From Halodesulfurarchaeum sp. (GTDB lineage: Archaea > Halobacteriota > Halobacteria > Halobacteriales > Halobacteriaceae), in the NCBI GenBank assembly GCA_034520565.1, contig JAXHNL010000002.1, positions 1,408,001 through 1,472,000 on the forward strand: a stretch of DNA of 64,000 nt. The letters are read 5' to 3'. Both the position numbers and the translations under genes were made by a program. This document shows, piece by piece, positions 1 to 10,600 of this stretch. Each line of letters begins with the position of its first letter. The stretch's first letter is position 1. The notes under the pieces are model-generated. The model saw only the letters and a program-made list of their open reading frames with translations, did no database searches and was not told where the DNA came from.

Positions 1-513
1 GACACCGACGATTGCCGAGTTGAGAACGAGAACGCGTTTTAGCCGTGAGATCGGGAGTCCAGTGCCGTTCAGGAAGTCAGAGGCATAGAGTACCCAGGAA
101 AGTCCGGGAACCAGCGTGATCGCCAGCGCGAGTGGCCCGCCAAAAACCGAGACCGTGATCGCGAGGCCATAGGCCCCCGCTGATGCGATCGAGAGGGGAG
201 TTTTGTAGCGATTCATGAACTGGCTTCTTGCCGAGGTCGCCTCGGGTTCACGCTTGGTGTCGCTGATTCGATCCCCGACGTACACGGCGAAGGTAACGAA
301 GGCAATGACCAGTGGGGCCGGTGAGGGCGGAAGCCCGAGCAGCAACATAACGGTTACGACCCCCGCGACGCCCATTGCGATAAGGTCGAGCTGTGTGTAG
401 TTCGCGACCTGTTTCAGTCGGTGCCCGTACCGCAATAACACGGCGAAGAACTCCCCGAGTTCCCCGCTGAGGAGCCCCGGTTCGATCGATTGGGTGGTTG
501 TTTTACTCGACAT
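1..513 (-). CDS. UbiA-family prenyltransferase-like membrane protein (5' part; runs off window start)
   Basis: Manual translation from ATG at 513: MSSKTTTQ...IAFVTFAVYVGDRISDTKRE...; open to position 1, multiple hydrophobic segments, YxxDRxxD motif. Confidence 0.65.
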   Translation of the reverse strand, partial: MSSKTTTQSIEPGLLSGELGEFFAVLLRYGHRLKQVANYTQLDLIAMGVAGVVTVMLLLGLPPSPAPLVIAFVTFAVYVGDRISDTKREPEATSARSQFMNRYKTPLSIASAGAYGLAITVSVFGGPLALAITLVPGLSWVLYASDFLNGTGLPISRLKRVLVLNSAIVGV

Positions 514-716
514 GGTTGAATCGGTACCGAACGGGCCAGGCCCGCAGTCGATACCTTGCTAATGGTATCCAGGGTTACCACATTAATCCTTGTAGATGGC
601 GAGTGGTCGGTGTCTTCCGCCCAGGGCGGTTCGTTTCTGACCGTGCGGACGCTTCGCGAACACCCGTTGAACGAAAGTCAGGCCTTTACCCGTCGGCCCG
701 CTCTCCCCGCATAGCA

Positions 717-1154
717 ATGACCCAGACTGCCCAGCGGTGGTGGGTTCGCCTCGCCGCCAGATGGCTCGCTCGCGTCGACGGCGTGAGCGGGATGATCCGC
801 CTCGCGATGCTCGGAATGACCGGCCTCTCGACGGCCACGCTCACGCTCAGACAGTACGGCCACGGCGAGTACGCCTGGCCGCTCATCGCCGTGGTCATGA
901 GTGGCACGCTCGTCTTCACCTACCTCTACACCGAGGGCGGGGTCTGGAACCAGATGTCCCGGGACCGCCAGGACCTCTCGAACAACTTCGCCGGCCCCTC
1001 GATGCGCATCAACGACGAACTCCTCGCCCGGGCGTTGCTCGCGGCCCAGGAGAAACGGGAACTCTCCGAGACCGAGCGGCAGGCGATCAAGACCGAACTC
1101 GACGACGCCTTCGACGAGTATCGGGACGGGCTGCCACTCGAAGACGCACCGTAG
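717..1154 (+). CDS. Hypothetical membrane protein (two TM segments, acidic C-terminal helix)
   Basis: ORF 498..1154; coding-like codon usage begins at ATG 717 (MTQTAQRWW...). Confidence 0.6.
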   Translation: MTQTAQRWWVRLAARWLARVDGVSGMIRLAMLGMTGLSTATLTLRQYGHGEYAWPLIAVVMSGTLVFTYLYTEGGVWNQMSRDRQDLSNNFAGPSMRINDELLARALLAAQEKRELSETERQAIKTELDDAFDEYRDGLPLEDAP

Positions 1155-1212
1155 ACCACAGCCCTGGCCAACGAACCCAGCCGAGGTCGAAACCGCAGCC
1201 AAAATCAGCCCG

Positions 1213-2130
1213 CTACCACTTCCAGGTGCCGTAGAGATACCCGCTCCCGACCATCGCGGTCAACAGGAACAGCATCACGAACTGCTTCAGCTTCGCGACC
1301 GACGGCCCACCGACCAGTGATCGTACCCGACCGGGCACGAACTCGGTCAGCAACTGCCCCAGGAACTCGCTCTCGGTCCCGCCGGATTCGGGCACCAGCG
1401 TCTCCATCGCTCGCTTCGAATACCCCTGCCAGAAGGCCCGATCGAGCAACCACCCGATTTCCGTCCGATAGGCAAACACCTTGTGGGCCACTTCCGCCTC
1501 GGGCTCGTACCACACCCCGTCGCCGTATTCGCTCGCCATCCGGGCCGCGAGTTCAGTCTCACCGCCCTGCAGGTTCGCATCGCCCTTGCGACCGCCGATC
1601 TCCGTGTCGAAGCCGCCCAGGTCCAGAAACACGTCCCGCTTGAACGAGATGTTCGACCCGAAGGTGTTCCGCACGTATCCCGGTCCGTCGGCGAACCCGC
1701 GATGGGTTACGCCAACCAACCAGTAGAATTCTTCAGGGAGAAACGCCGGCTTGCCAGCCACCCATGCAGGTGTCATTTTCCCACCCGCAGCCGGCGGGTC
1801 CTGCGCCTCGTAGGCCTCGACGAGCCGCCTCACCCAGTCCGGGTCGGCGATGGCGTCGTCGTCGATGAATGCCACGACATCGCCGCTCGCAATCTCGGCC
1901 CCGGTGTTCCGGCTCTCCAGCAATCCGACGTTCTCGTCGTTACAGTGAACGACCACCCTTTCCTTGCTCCCGTAGTCCTCCTGCACTCGCTCACAGACCG
2001 CACGATTCCCGTCGACGACGATCACGAGTTCCACGTCCGAATAGGACTGTGCCAACACGCTCTCCGCCGCCTCCGTGAAGTGCTCGTACGCGTCCATTGA
2101 GTAGGTGCAGAGGACGACGGAGACCTTCAT
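1213..2130 (-). CDS. aglG: GT2 glycosyltransferase, AglG-like
   Basis: MKVSVVLCTY start, VAFIDDDA (DxD), GGETEL, RAFWQGYSK motifs; glycosylation cluster context. Confidence 0.8.
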   Translation of the reverse strand: MKVSVVLCTYSMDAYEHFTEAAESVLAQSYSDVELVIVVDGNRAVCERVQEDYGSKERVVVHCNDENVGLLESRNTGAEIASGDVVAFIDDDAIADPDWVRRLVEAYEAQDPPAAGGKMTPAWVAGKPAFLPEEFYWLVGVTHRGFADGPGYVRNTFGSNISFKRDVFLDLGGFDTEIGGRKGDANLQGGETELAARMASEYGDGVWYEPEAEVAHKVFAYRTEIGWLLDRAFWQGYSKRAMETLVPESGGTESEFLGQLLTEFVPGRVRSLVGGPSVAKLKQFVMLFLLTAMVGSGYLYGTWKW

Positions 2131-2177
2131 TGCACCCTCGTAGGGGGGGTTTGCGAAAAGATGTTTCCTTCTCCGGG

Positions 2178-2492
2178 GTAGCCCGCAAACCGATTCGGGT
2201 GGGGCTACGAAAGGGTTCCCGCGAGGTCCGCAGGACCGAGGGGGAGCAAGCGAGAGCCGAAGGCTCTCGCCATGGCCGAGCGCTCGTGTTCGTCTCGCGG
2301 AGCCCTATCGCGACTGAGCGTAGCGATGGAAGCGATATCTCCGCGAGCGGGCAGCGAGACGACCGAAGGGAGTCTCGAAATAAACGAACGGCGAACGTGA
2401 GACGCGAGTGAAACGAGCGTCTCAGACTGGGCGAACGGCGATAGCCGTGAGCCGGAGTGAGCCGTGAGTTGCGAGCGGGAGGGGGCTTTCGA
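2178..2492 (+). repeat. Non-coding multi-hairpin element with GNA triloops and tandem GA mismatches
   Basis: Perfect hairpin gcgagagcc-GAA-ggctctcgc (2250-2270) plus five more nested stems; 23-mer at 2400-2422 recurs as reverse complement at 36703-36725. Confidence 0.75.
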
Positions 2493-2636
2493 GGGGATTG
2501 GGTTTGTGTCCCGCGTTTCCGATAAGCACGAGGGGCTTTCGGAGGTGATGAGAAGAAGTCTCGACACTTCGAACACCGAGAGACCTTCAAAAGACGTCCA
2601 CTCCCGAGTCCCCAGCTCTCACCAACCCCAACACCT

Positions 2637-2670
2637 ATTATGCATACAATCATATTATCACGTGCATAAT
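2637..2670. promoter_or_regulatory. Inverted repeat ATTATGCA-N18-TGCATAAT overlapping the ATPase start
   Basis: Perfect 8-bp IR in an AT-rich promoter, ending on the ATG at 2669. Confidence 0.5.
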
Positions 2671-4045
2671 GATCGACCGGGAACCGGAACTCGAGTGGCT
2701 CACCACCCACCTCCAAAACGAATCACGCCAACTCCTCGTCCTCTACGGCCGACGTCGCGTCGGGAAGACGACCCTCATCACCGAGGCCCTCGAAACGATG
2801 GCCATCCCATCGGTGTATTACCTCTGTGACGAACGCGGCCCGAAGTCGAATGCCCGGGCTTTTGCCGAGCAGTGTGCCACCACCTTTGACGACGTTCCTC
2901 CCGATGTCGACGGGTTTCCCGAAGCCTTTGCATACCTCAAACGTCGGGTCGATGGACCGTTCGTCGTCGCCCTCGACGAGTTCTCGTATCTCGTCGATTC
3001 CGACGAGACGATCCCCTCGGTCTTCCAGACGATACAGGATGCTGTCCTCGCCGAGACGAATATCTCGCTCGTTCTCGCGGGCTCTTCGATTTCGATGATG
3101 GAAGAGGGCGTCTTGAGCTACGAGAGTCCATTGTACGGCCGACGAACCGGCCAGTGGGAACTGGATCCGCTCGAATTTGCTGCCGCACGGGAGTTCTTCC
3201 CGGACACGAACATCGAGACCCAGATACAACTCTACAGTGTATTGGGGGGCGTTCCGGCGTACCTGGAACAGTTCGATCCGGAAACCCCACTGTTCGACAA
3301 CGTCGAGGGATCGATTCTCTCGAAAGGGGAATTCCTGTACGAGGAACCGGAATTCCTCCTGCGCCAGGAACTCCGGGAGCCCGCGACCTACATGGCCATT
3401 CTCGAGGCAATCGCGACAGGCGCCACGCGCGTGACCGAAATCGCGAACGAAATCGACAGGGACGCCAGTGCCCTCTCGCGCTATCTAAAGAACCTGACCC
3501 AACTGGCGATTCTGGAACGGGAAACGCCGGTAACTGATCCGGACGATCGAGGGCTGTATCGACTGACCGATGATTTCCTTCGGTTCTGGTTCCGCTACGT
3601 GGCCCCCAATCGCAGCGTGCTCGAACAGGGACGAACTGAACCAGTCCGAGCGGCCATCGAGGAGACACTGTCGACCCACACGAGTGATACCTTCGAACGC
3701 GTTTCACAGCAGGCAGTGGCGATTAGCGGATTTGGCGGCTCCTTCGCCCGGATCGGTCGCTGGTGGTATGGTGGGGAGGAAATCGACGTGGTGGGAGTGG
3801 ATCCGAAATCGGAAACGCTGCTACTCGGTGAATGCAAGTGGACTGAATCGCCGGTGGGCACGAGACTTTTCGACGAGCTCCGGGACCTCGAAACGAATGT
3901 ACGGTGGCATGGAGACGAGCGAACTGTCGAGTATGCCCTGTTCTCACGCTCGGGGTTCACAGAGGATTTGCGCGCTCTCGCTCGTGAACGGGTGGACCTT
4001 CGGCTTCTCGGACTCCAGGATTTGGACGAACTATTTGGCGTCTAG
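2669..4045 (+). CDS. Archaeal AAA ATPase with wHTH and C-terminal DUF234/PD-(D/E)xK-like domain
   Basis: Walker A YGRRRVGKT, Walker B ALDEF, SPLYGRRT, C-terminal EEIDVV...GECKW. Confidence 0.9.
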   Translation: MIDREPELEWLTTHLQNESRQLLVLYGRRRVGKTTLITEALETMAIPSVYYLCDERGPKSNARAFAEQCATTFDDVPPDVDGFPEAFAYLKRRVDGPFVVALDEFSYLVDSDETIPSVFQTIQDAVLAETNISLVLAGSSISMMEEGVLSYESPLYGRRTGQWELDPLEFAAAREFFPDTNIETQIQLYSVLGGVPAYLEQFDPETPLFDNVEGSILSKGEFLYEEPEFLLRQELREPATYMAILEAIATGATRVTEIANEIDRDASALSRYLKNLTQLAILERETPVTDPDDRGLYRLTDDFLRFWFRYVAPNRSVLEQGRTEPVRAAIEETLSTHTSDTFERVSQQAVAISGFGGSFARIGRWWYGGEEIDVVGVDPKSETLLLGECKWTESPVGTRLFDELRDLETNVRWHGDERTVEYALFSRSGFTEDLRALARERVDLRLLGLQDLDELFGV

Positions 4046-4065
4046 TGTGACTGCGGTACGTGCGT

Positions 4066-4746
4066 TCACCCCTCGACCGTCGGCGTCAACGACTTCAACG
4101 AAAAATCCGATTTCGAACAGTACCGCTGGGATAACCGTCCCAACTCCAGCGTCCGAGACACGTCGGCGACGTTGTGCAACACCAACTCCAGGTAGTCACC
4201 CGTCTCGAACGCAGCTACGGCCTCCTCACTGTCCACGAACGGATCGATCGAAGAAGCGTCCCCACTGACCAGCGTCTCGTACACCCCGACCAGATCCGAC
4301 ACCGACTCCCCGTCCACGACGGCCGTGTTGAACCGTCGATTCAGCACCGGCATGAGATCGGCGTAGGGAACATTGCCGAACGGCCAGTCAACGTCGTGGC
4401 TCGCCAGCCGCGTTCGCAGGAACGGCAGATCGAATCCCGACTGCCATCGCTCGCCGTTGTACGCCACCAGCAACAAGTCCCCGTCCGCCAGCCGGGAGCC
4501 ACCGAACGACCCGACCGCCTCCAGCAGATCCCGCTCCGTGTCGTGGACCGACAGTTGCACGGGCGTTCCACTCGCTTCGCGAACCCGTGTCTCCAACTCG
4601 TCCTCGGCAATCGACTGATCCCCGCCGACCTGCAGGAATACCCGCGTCCCCATCTCGAATTCAAATCCGACGACCGTCACCTTGTCCTCGACGGCAAAGC
4701 CAGTGGTCTCGATGTCGAAGGCCACGAGTTCGAGGACGTCACTCAT
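4066..4746 (-). CDS. RNase H-like / DnaQ-type (DEDDh) 3'-5' exonuclease domain protein
   Basis: ExoI AFDIETTG, ExoII YNG...FDLPFL, ExoIII HNVADV. Confidence 0.75.
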   Translation of the reverse strand: MSDVLELVAFDIETTGFAVEDKVTVVGFEFEMGTRVFLQVGGDQSIAEDELETRVREASGTPVQLSVHDTERDLLEAVGSFGGSRLADGDLLLVAYNGERWQSGFDLPFLRTRLASHDVDWPFGNVPYADLMPVLNRRFNTAVVDGESVSDLVGVYETLVSGDASSIDPFVDSEEAVAAFETGDYLELVLHNVADVSRTLELGRLSQRYCSKSDFSLKSLTPTVEG

Positions 4747-4859
4747 TTTCCACCCCGCGGACCGGCTCCCAACGTGCGTGTTCGTCCATGGACCACTCAC
4801 TTCGCGGCGCTCCGAAATGAGTGTCCGCCAGGCGGGGTGAAAGTGAAATCCTTGTTGTC

Positions 4860-6347
<1,488 letters not shown>

Positions 6348-6434
6348 ATAAACCCGATTCTGGAACCGGCTCCCGCTTACCCTCAAGTGAGATTGGACGG
6401 CGAAATATGCTGTGGGAAACGTGCTAGTCAACCC

Positions 6435-6815
6435 TCACTCGGTTTGTTTGGACTCGATCGGGATCCGTTCGGCAGTCACCCGGTCGATTCGCTTGTCCGA
6501 TGAAATGATCGGGTCGTCTGTTGCGTAGGCGACGTGATACGCGTCGAATGCAGTCAATCCGTGTCGATCCATGTAATCTGCAGCCCGGAACAGCACGGAT
6601 TCGTCTTCTGCTACCTGCGCGATTTCGAGTGCGTAACTGAGTGCCTCGATCCGGTCGAAGTCAAACCGATCCGAAATGACGAGCAATTCCAGCAACGTCG
6701 CCCGCGAGGTGTATATTTCGTTCTCGTGTTTTCGTGCGAGATCCGTTGCTTGTCCTTGGAGCCAGTCGTCGTCCTTCACGAGTGCGATGAAAAAATCAGT
6801 ATCGGCATAGATCAT
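6435..6815 (-). CDS. vapC: VapC-like PIN domain toxin
   Basis: MIYADTDFFIAL, E in TLLELL, TAFDAYHVA, SSD. Confidence 0.85.
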   Translation of the reverse strand: MIYADTDFFIALVKDDDWLQGQATDLARKHENEIYTSRATLLELLVISDRFDFDRIEALSYALEIAQVAEDESVLFRAADYMDRHGLTAFDAYHVAYATDDPIISSDKRIDRVTAERIPIESKQTE

Positions 6816-7069
6816 GCCGATTCGTCAGTCTCGTGGAGCGCGTGCTTCTGTGCCGCAGAGCGGGCCTCGGCCTTGATTTCCGCGATCGACTTGCCCGCAA
6901 ACGCGTCCCCGACGGCCTCACGGAGGCCCTCGATCGGATCGGAACGAAGCGGAATGAGTTCGACCCGATCCGCGAGTTCGACGATCCGATAGTGCTCGCC
7001 ATGCTTCTCGCGGATCTCGCGGGGGAGAACGATCCGCCCACGGTCGTCCGTCGTCGTGGTTCCACTCAT
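6812..7069 (-). CDS. vapB: AbrB/MazE-type antitoxin
   Basis: DDRGRIVLPREIR motif; 4-bp overlap with PIN gene. Confidence 0.85.
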   Translation of the reverse strand: MSGTTTTDDRGRIVLPREIREKHGEHYRIVELADRVELIPLRSDPIEGLREAVGDAFAGKSIAEIKAEARSAAQKHALHETDESA

Positions 7070-7182
7070 TACGTCGAGTATTGGGTGGGAAGAACTATTA
7101 AAATTTCCCCTATTTATTGGCCAATTCCCACAAACAATGAATTGCTGGGAATACCATAAAATAAGCCCATACAGCTAACTCG

Positions 7183-8982
7183 TTACTGCACCGTCACGCT
7201 CTTGGCCAGATTCCGCGGCTTGTCGATCGCCCGGTCCTTCAACCGCGCGACGTGATACGCGAACAGCTGCATGTAGACGTTCGCCACGACCGGCTCCAAC
7301 AGCCCCGCTTCGGGTACCGAGAACGAATAGTCCAGCACGCCTCCGTCACCCGCAGTTTCGCCGAACCCAACTGTCGCCGCGCCCCGGGTATCCACCTCTG
7401 CGACGTTGTGCAACGTCGCGTCCGGCCGTGAGCCCTCGGTCAACACCGACAACACCAGCACGTCGTCGGTCACCAGCGCCAGCGGGCCGTGTTTCAACTC
7501 CCCGGCGGCAAACCCCTCGGCGTGATCATACGAGATCTCCTTCAGCTTCAGCGCCCCCTCCAGCGCGACCGGATACCCGAACCGCCGCCCGAGGAAGAAA
7601 AACGCCTCCCGATCCGCGTACTCCGCCGCAATCGCCTCGATCTCGTCCTCGCGATCGAGCACCTGCTGGATCGCCCCGGGTAAACTCCGGAGTGATTCGA
7701 GCACGTCACTCGCCCGCTCGCGACTCAACACGCCTCGCAGCCGGCCCAGTGCGACCGCGAGCATCGTCACGGTCGCCACCTGCGAGACGAAGGTCTTGGT
7801 CGCGGCCACGCCGATCTCCGGGCCGGCGTGGATGTAGACGCTCTCATCGGCCTCGCGGGTCACGGTGCTCCCGACCGTGTTCGTCACGGCCATCGTTCGC
7901 GCTCCTGCCGCCTTGGCCTTCCGCAGCGCCTCCAGCGTGTCCGCGGTCTCGCCGCTCTGGGTGATCGCCACGACCAGGGTTTGCCACGGATCTCGACCCC
8001 CACCGACGTCGTACTCGCTTGCGACGTGGGTGGTCACCCGGACGTCCGCCAGGTCCTCGAAGAGCCGTTCGGCGTACAGTCCGGCGTGATACGAGGTCCC
8101 CGCCGCGACGATCTGGATCTCGTCGAGTGACTGGAGGTACTCCCGCGGGAGGTCGACGTCCAGATCGACGTCCCCCGAGAGCGCGTCGACGCGCCCGGTC
8201 AGGGCCTGTCGCAACGCCCGGGGCTGTTCGTGGATCTCCTTGAGCATGAAGTGCTCGTAGCCGCCCTTTTCGGCGGCTTCGGCCTCCCACTCGATGTGGA
8301 TCCGCTCGCGCTCGACCAGCTCCTCGCCGCGGTAAATCTCGACGCCCTCCGGCGTGATCCGGGCGACGTCCCCGTCCTCGAGGAAGGTCACGTCCCGGGA
8401 GTGCTCGACGAACGCCGGGACGTCGCTTGCCAGGAACTGCTCGCCGTCGCCGTGACCGATCACGAGCGGACTGTCCTGTCTGGCCGCGACGATCTCGGCC
8501 CGATCTTTCACCATGACTGCGATGGCATAACTCCCTTCGAGTCGATCGACAACCCTGCTCACTGCCGTGCGGAGATCGCCTCCCTCCCATTCCTCTTCGA
8601 TCAAGTGGGGAACGACCTCCGTGTCCGTCTCGCTCGTGAACGTGTGCTCCTCGGCCAGTTCTGCCTTTAGAGCGGCGTGGTTTTCGATGATCCCGTTGTG
8701 AACGACCGCGATCTCACCCGTACAGTCGGTGTGGGGGTGGGCGTTTTCGTCCGTCGGCGGGCCGTGGGTCGACCAGCGCGTGTGCCCGATGCCGGTTTTC
8801 GCCGTCGAACTGTCCGGGAGGGTCAACTCGCCGATCTTCCCTTCGGCCTTGTAGACGTCGAGGGCGGAATTCCCCAGGGCCACCCCTGCAGAATCGTAGC
8901 CCCGGTACTCGAGGTTCGCAAGCGTCGAGGCCACGATCGGCAATGCGTCTCGATCGCCCACGTAGCCGGTGATCCCACACAT
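7183..8982 (-). CDS. glmS: Glutamine--fructose-6-phosphate aminotransferase
   Basis: MCGI N-terminus, EYRGYDSAG, GHTRWSTHG, PRNLAKSVTV. Confidence 0.97.
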   Translation of the reverse strand: MCGITGYVGDRDALPIVASTLANLEYRGYDSAGVALGNSALDVYKAEGKIGELTLPDSSTAKTGIGHTRWSTHGPPTDENAHPHTDCTGEIAVVHNGIIENHAALKAELAEEHTFTSETDTEVVPHLIEEEWEGGDLRTAVSRVVDRLEGSYAIAVMVKDRAEIVAARQDSPLVIGHGDGEQFLASDVPAFVEHSRDVTFLEDGDVARITPEGVEIYRGEELVERERIHIEWEAEAAEKGGYEHFMLKEIHEQPRALRQALTGRVDALSGDVDLDVDLPREYLQSLDEIQIVAAGTSYHAGLYAERLFEDLADVRVTTHVASEYDVGGGRDPWQTLVVAITQSGETADTLEALRKAKAAGARTMAVTNTVGSTVTREADESVYIHAGPEIGVAATKTFVSQVATVTMLAVALGRLRGVLSRERASDVLESLRSLPGAIQQVLDREDEIEAIAAEYADREAFFFLGRRFGYPVALEGALKLKEISYDHAEGFAAGELKHGPLALVTDDVLVLSVLTEGSRPDATLHNVAEVDTRGAATVGFGETAGDGGVLDYSFSVPEAGLLEPVVANVYMQLFAYHVARLKDRAIDKPRNLAKSVTVQ

Positions 8983-9004
8983 CGTTATTGGACCTCACTC
9001 ATGG

Positions 9005-10156
9005 TTACTGGACCGTGCCGTTCGGCTCGATTCGCCCGTCGATCCGTGCGCCATCTCGGACACTCGCCCCGTTCCCGACGAAACTGCCCGGGAGGACCGT
9101 CGCCGCGCCGCCGATCCGTGCGTTGTCGCCGATCACCCCGCCGAGGGTCACGTCCCGATGGACCGTGTCCTGGAGGACCACGTCGGCCTGCCCGCCGACG
9201 ATGGTGGCGTTCGCGCCGATGGTGACGTTCTCGGCGACGATCGCATCACGAACGACGGCACCGGCCTCGACCGTCACGTCGGCCATCAAAAGCGAGTTCG
9301 AGATCGTGGCGTTCGGACCGATCGAGACGTTGTCGCCGAGTGCCGTCCCGCTCAGGATCGTCGCGTTCGGATACACCTGAACGTCGGCGCCGAGTTTGAC
9401 CGCCGAGGTAACGGATGCACCTGGATCGATCGCCTCGCCGTCCGGAGCCGGCTCCCTCTCGAGAAGGGCCGCGTTGACCGCGAGCAGGTCCCAGGGCCGG
9501 GTCACGTCGAACCAGCTTCCCCGGTCCGGGACGGCCTGGATCGGCGCGTTTTCGAGGTACCGGGAGAGCACGTCCGTCAAGGCCAGTTCGCCGTGGACGG
9601 TCGTCTCGCGAATCGCCGGAAAGATCTCCGGGCCGAAGGCGTACACGCCGGCGTTGATCACGTCCGAGCTGATCTGGTGGGGCTGGGGTTTCTCCACGAT
9701 ACGGGTCACGCGATCGCCCTCGAGTTCCACGACTCCGTACAGGGAGGGCTCGTCGGCCCGCGTGACGGCCATGACCGTCTCGTCGGTCTCGCGTCGCCGG
9801 TCGATCACGTCCTCGAGGACGGCGCTGTCGATGACCCGGTCCCCGTTCAGCACGAGGAAATCCCCGTCCACGAACGGTTCTGCTTCGAGGACGGCGTCCC
9901 CCGTCCCCAACTGCTTGTCCTGTGTGACGTATTCGACGTCGACGCCCCAGTCGTCGCCGTCGCCGACGTACTGCTGGATGCGGTCGGACTTGTACCCGAC
10001 CACGAGCAACACGTCCTCGAGACCGGCTTCAGCAACCGCCGAAATCACGTCGGCCAGGATCGGTTCGTTCGCGACCGGGAGCATCGGTTTCGGTCGCACG
10101 TTCGTCAGGGGAGAGAGCCGTCGGCCCTCGCCGGCGGCCAGGATGACTGCTTTCAT
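9005..10156 (-). CDS. Sugar-phosphate nucleotidyltransferase with hexapeptide repeats (GlmU-like)
   Basis: LAAGEGRRLSPLT...PKPMLPV; C-terminal left-handed beta-helix repeats. Confidence 0.9.
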   Translation of the reverse strand: MKAVILAAGEGRRLSPLTNVRPKPMLPVANEPILADVISAVAEAGLEDVLLVVGYKSDRIQQYVGDGDDWGVDVEYVTQDKQLGTGDAVLEAEPFVDGDFLVLNGDRVIDSAVLEDVIDRRRETDETVMAVTRADEPSLYGVVELEGDRVTRIVEKPQPHQISSDVINAGVYAFGPEIFPAIRETTVHGELALTDVLSRYLENAPIQAVPDRGSWFDVTRPWDLLAVNAALLEREPAPDGEAIDPGASVTSAVKLGADVQVYPNATILSGTALGDNVSIGPNATISNSLLMADVTVEAGAVVRDAIVAENVTIGANATIVGGQADVVLQDTVHRDVTLGGVIGDNARIGGAATVLPGSFVGNGASVRDGARIDGRIEPNGTVQ

Positions 10157-10226
10157 GAATGGTGTGTACTGGTCTCACGGACCGACCGAGCTACTCGAAC
10201 GGAACCGCTCCAGACGAAAAAACCCA

Positions 10227-10376
10227 TCAGTCGTCTGCTGATGCTGCAGCTTTGGACCGCTGTTCGCTGAGCGTCTCCCAGATTTCCGTACAGCCAGCGC
10301 CGCTCTCGACGTCCTCGAGGTGACTTCTGTCGGGATCAGCCCCACCTTCTTTCGGCTCTGAGACCTGGTTACTCAT
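10227..10376 (-). CDS. Small acidic hypothetical protein (49 aa)
   Basis: ATG 10376; HLEDVESGAGCTEIWETLS core; co-oriented upstream of glmU-like/glmS. Confidence 0.6.
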   Translation of the reverse strand: MSNQVSEPKEGGADPDRSHLEDVESGAGCTEIWETLSEQRSKAAASADD

Positions 10377-10388
10377 TTTCTTAGTAAC
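10368..10388. promoter_or_regulatory. Palindromic operator GTTACT-N9-AGTAAC
   Basis: Perfect 6-bp arms over the ATG; near-identical site at 16128-16148. Confidence 0.55.
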
Positions 10389-10600
10389 TCCAATGAACCC
10401 GGTGACCAAAAAGGTACCGGACGGGACGAAATCATTGCGCCTCCATGGTGGAACGACCCAGTAGGGTTCTCTTGTTCGCACTGACATCGGTCACCGGACC
10501 GACGAAATTCGCACTCATCACTGAATCCATCCTCTTATTCTAATACTCAATAATCAACAAAAACGTAGAGTTTAAGCATACGAAATAAGAATATGATACT

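Noticed and set aside
1991-2829. ORFs across the structured element (e.g. 1991..2716 -, 2097..2411 +)
   Set aside because: Arg/Ser-rich, non-acidic translations that are by-products of GC-rich palindromes
8969-10270. Long antisense ORFs here and at 14939, 17039, 38273 etc.
   Set aside because: Expected shadow ORFs of high-GC coding sequence
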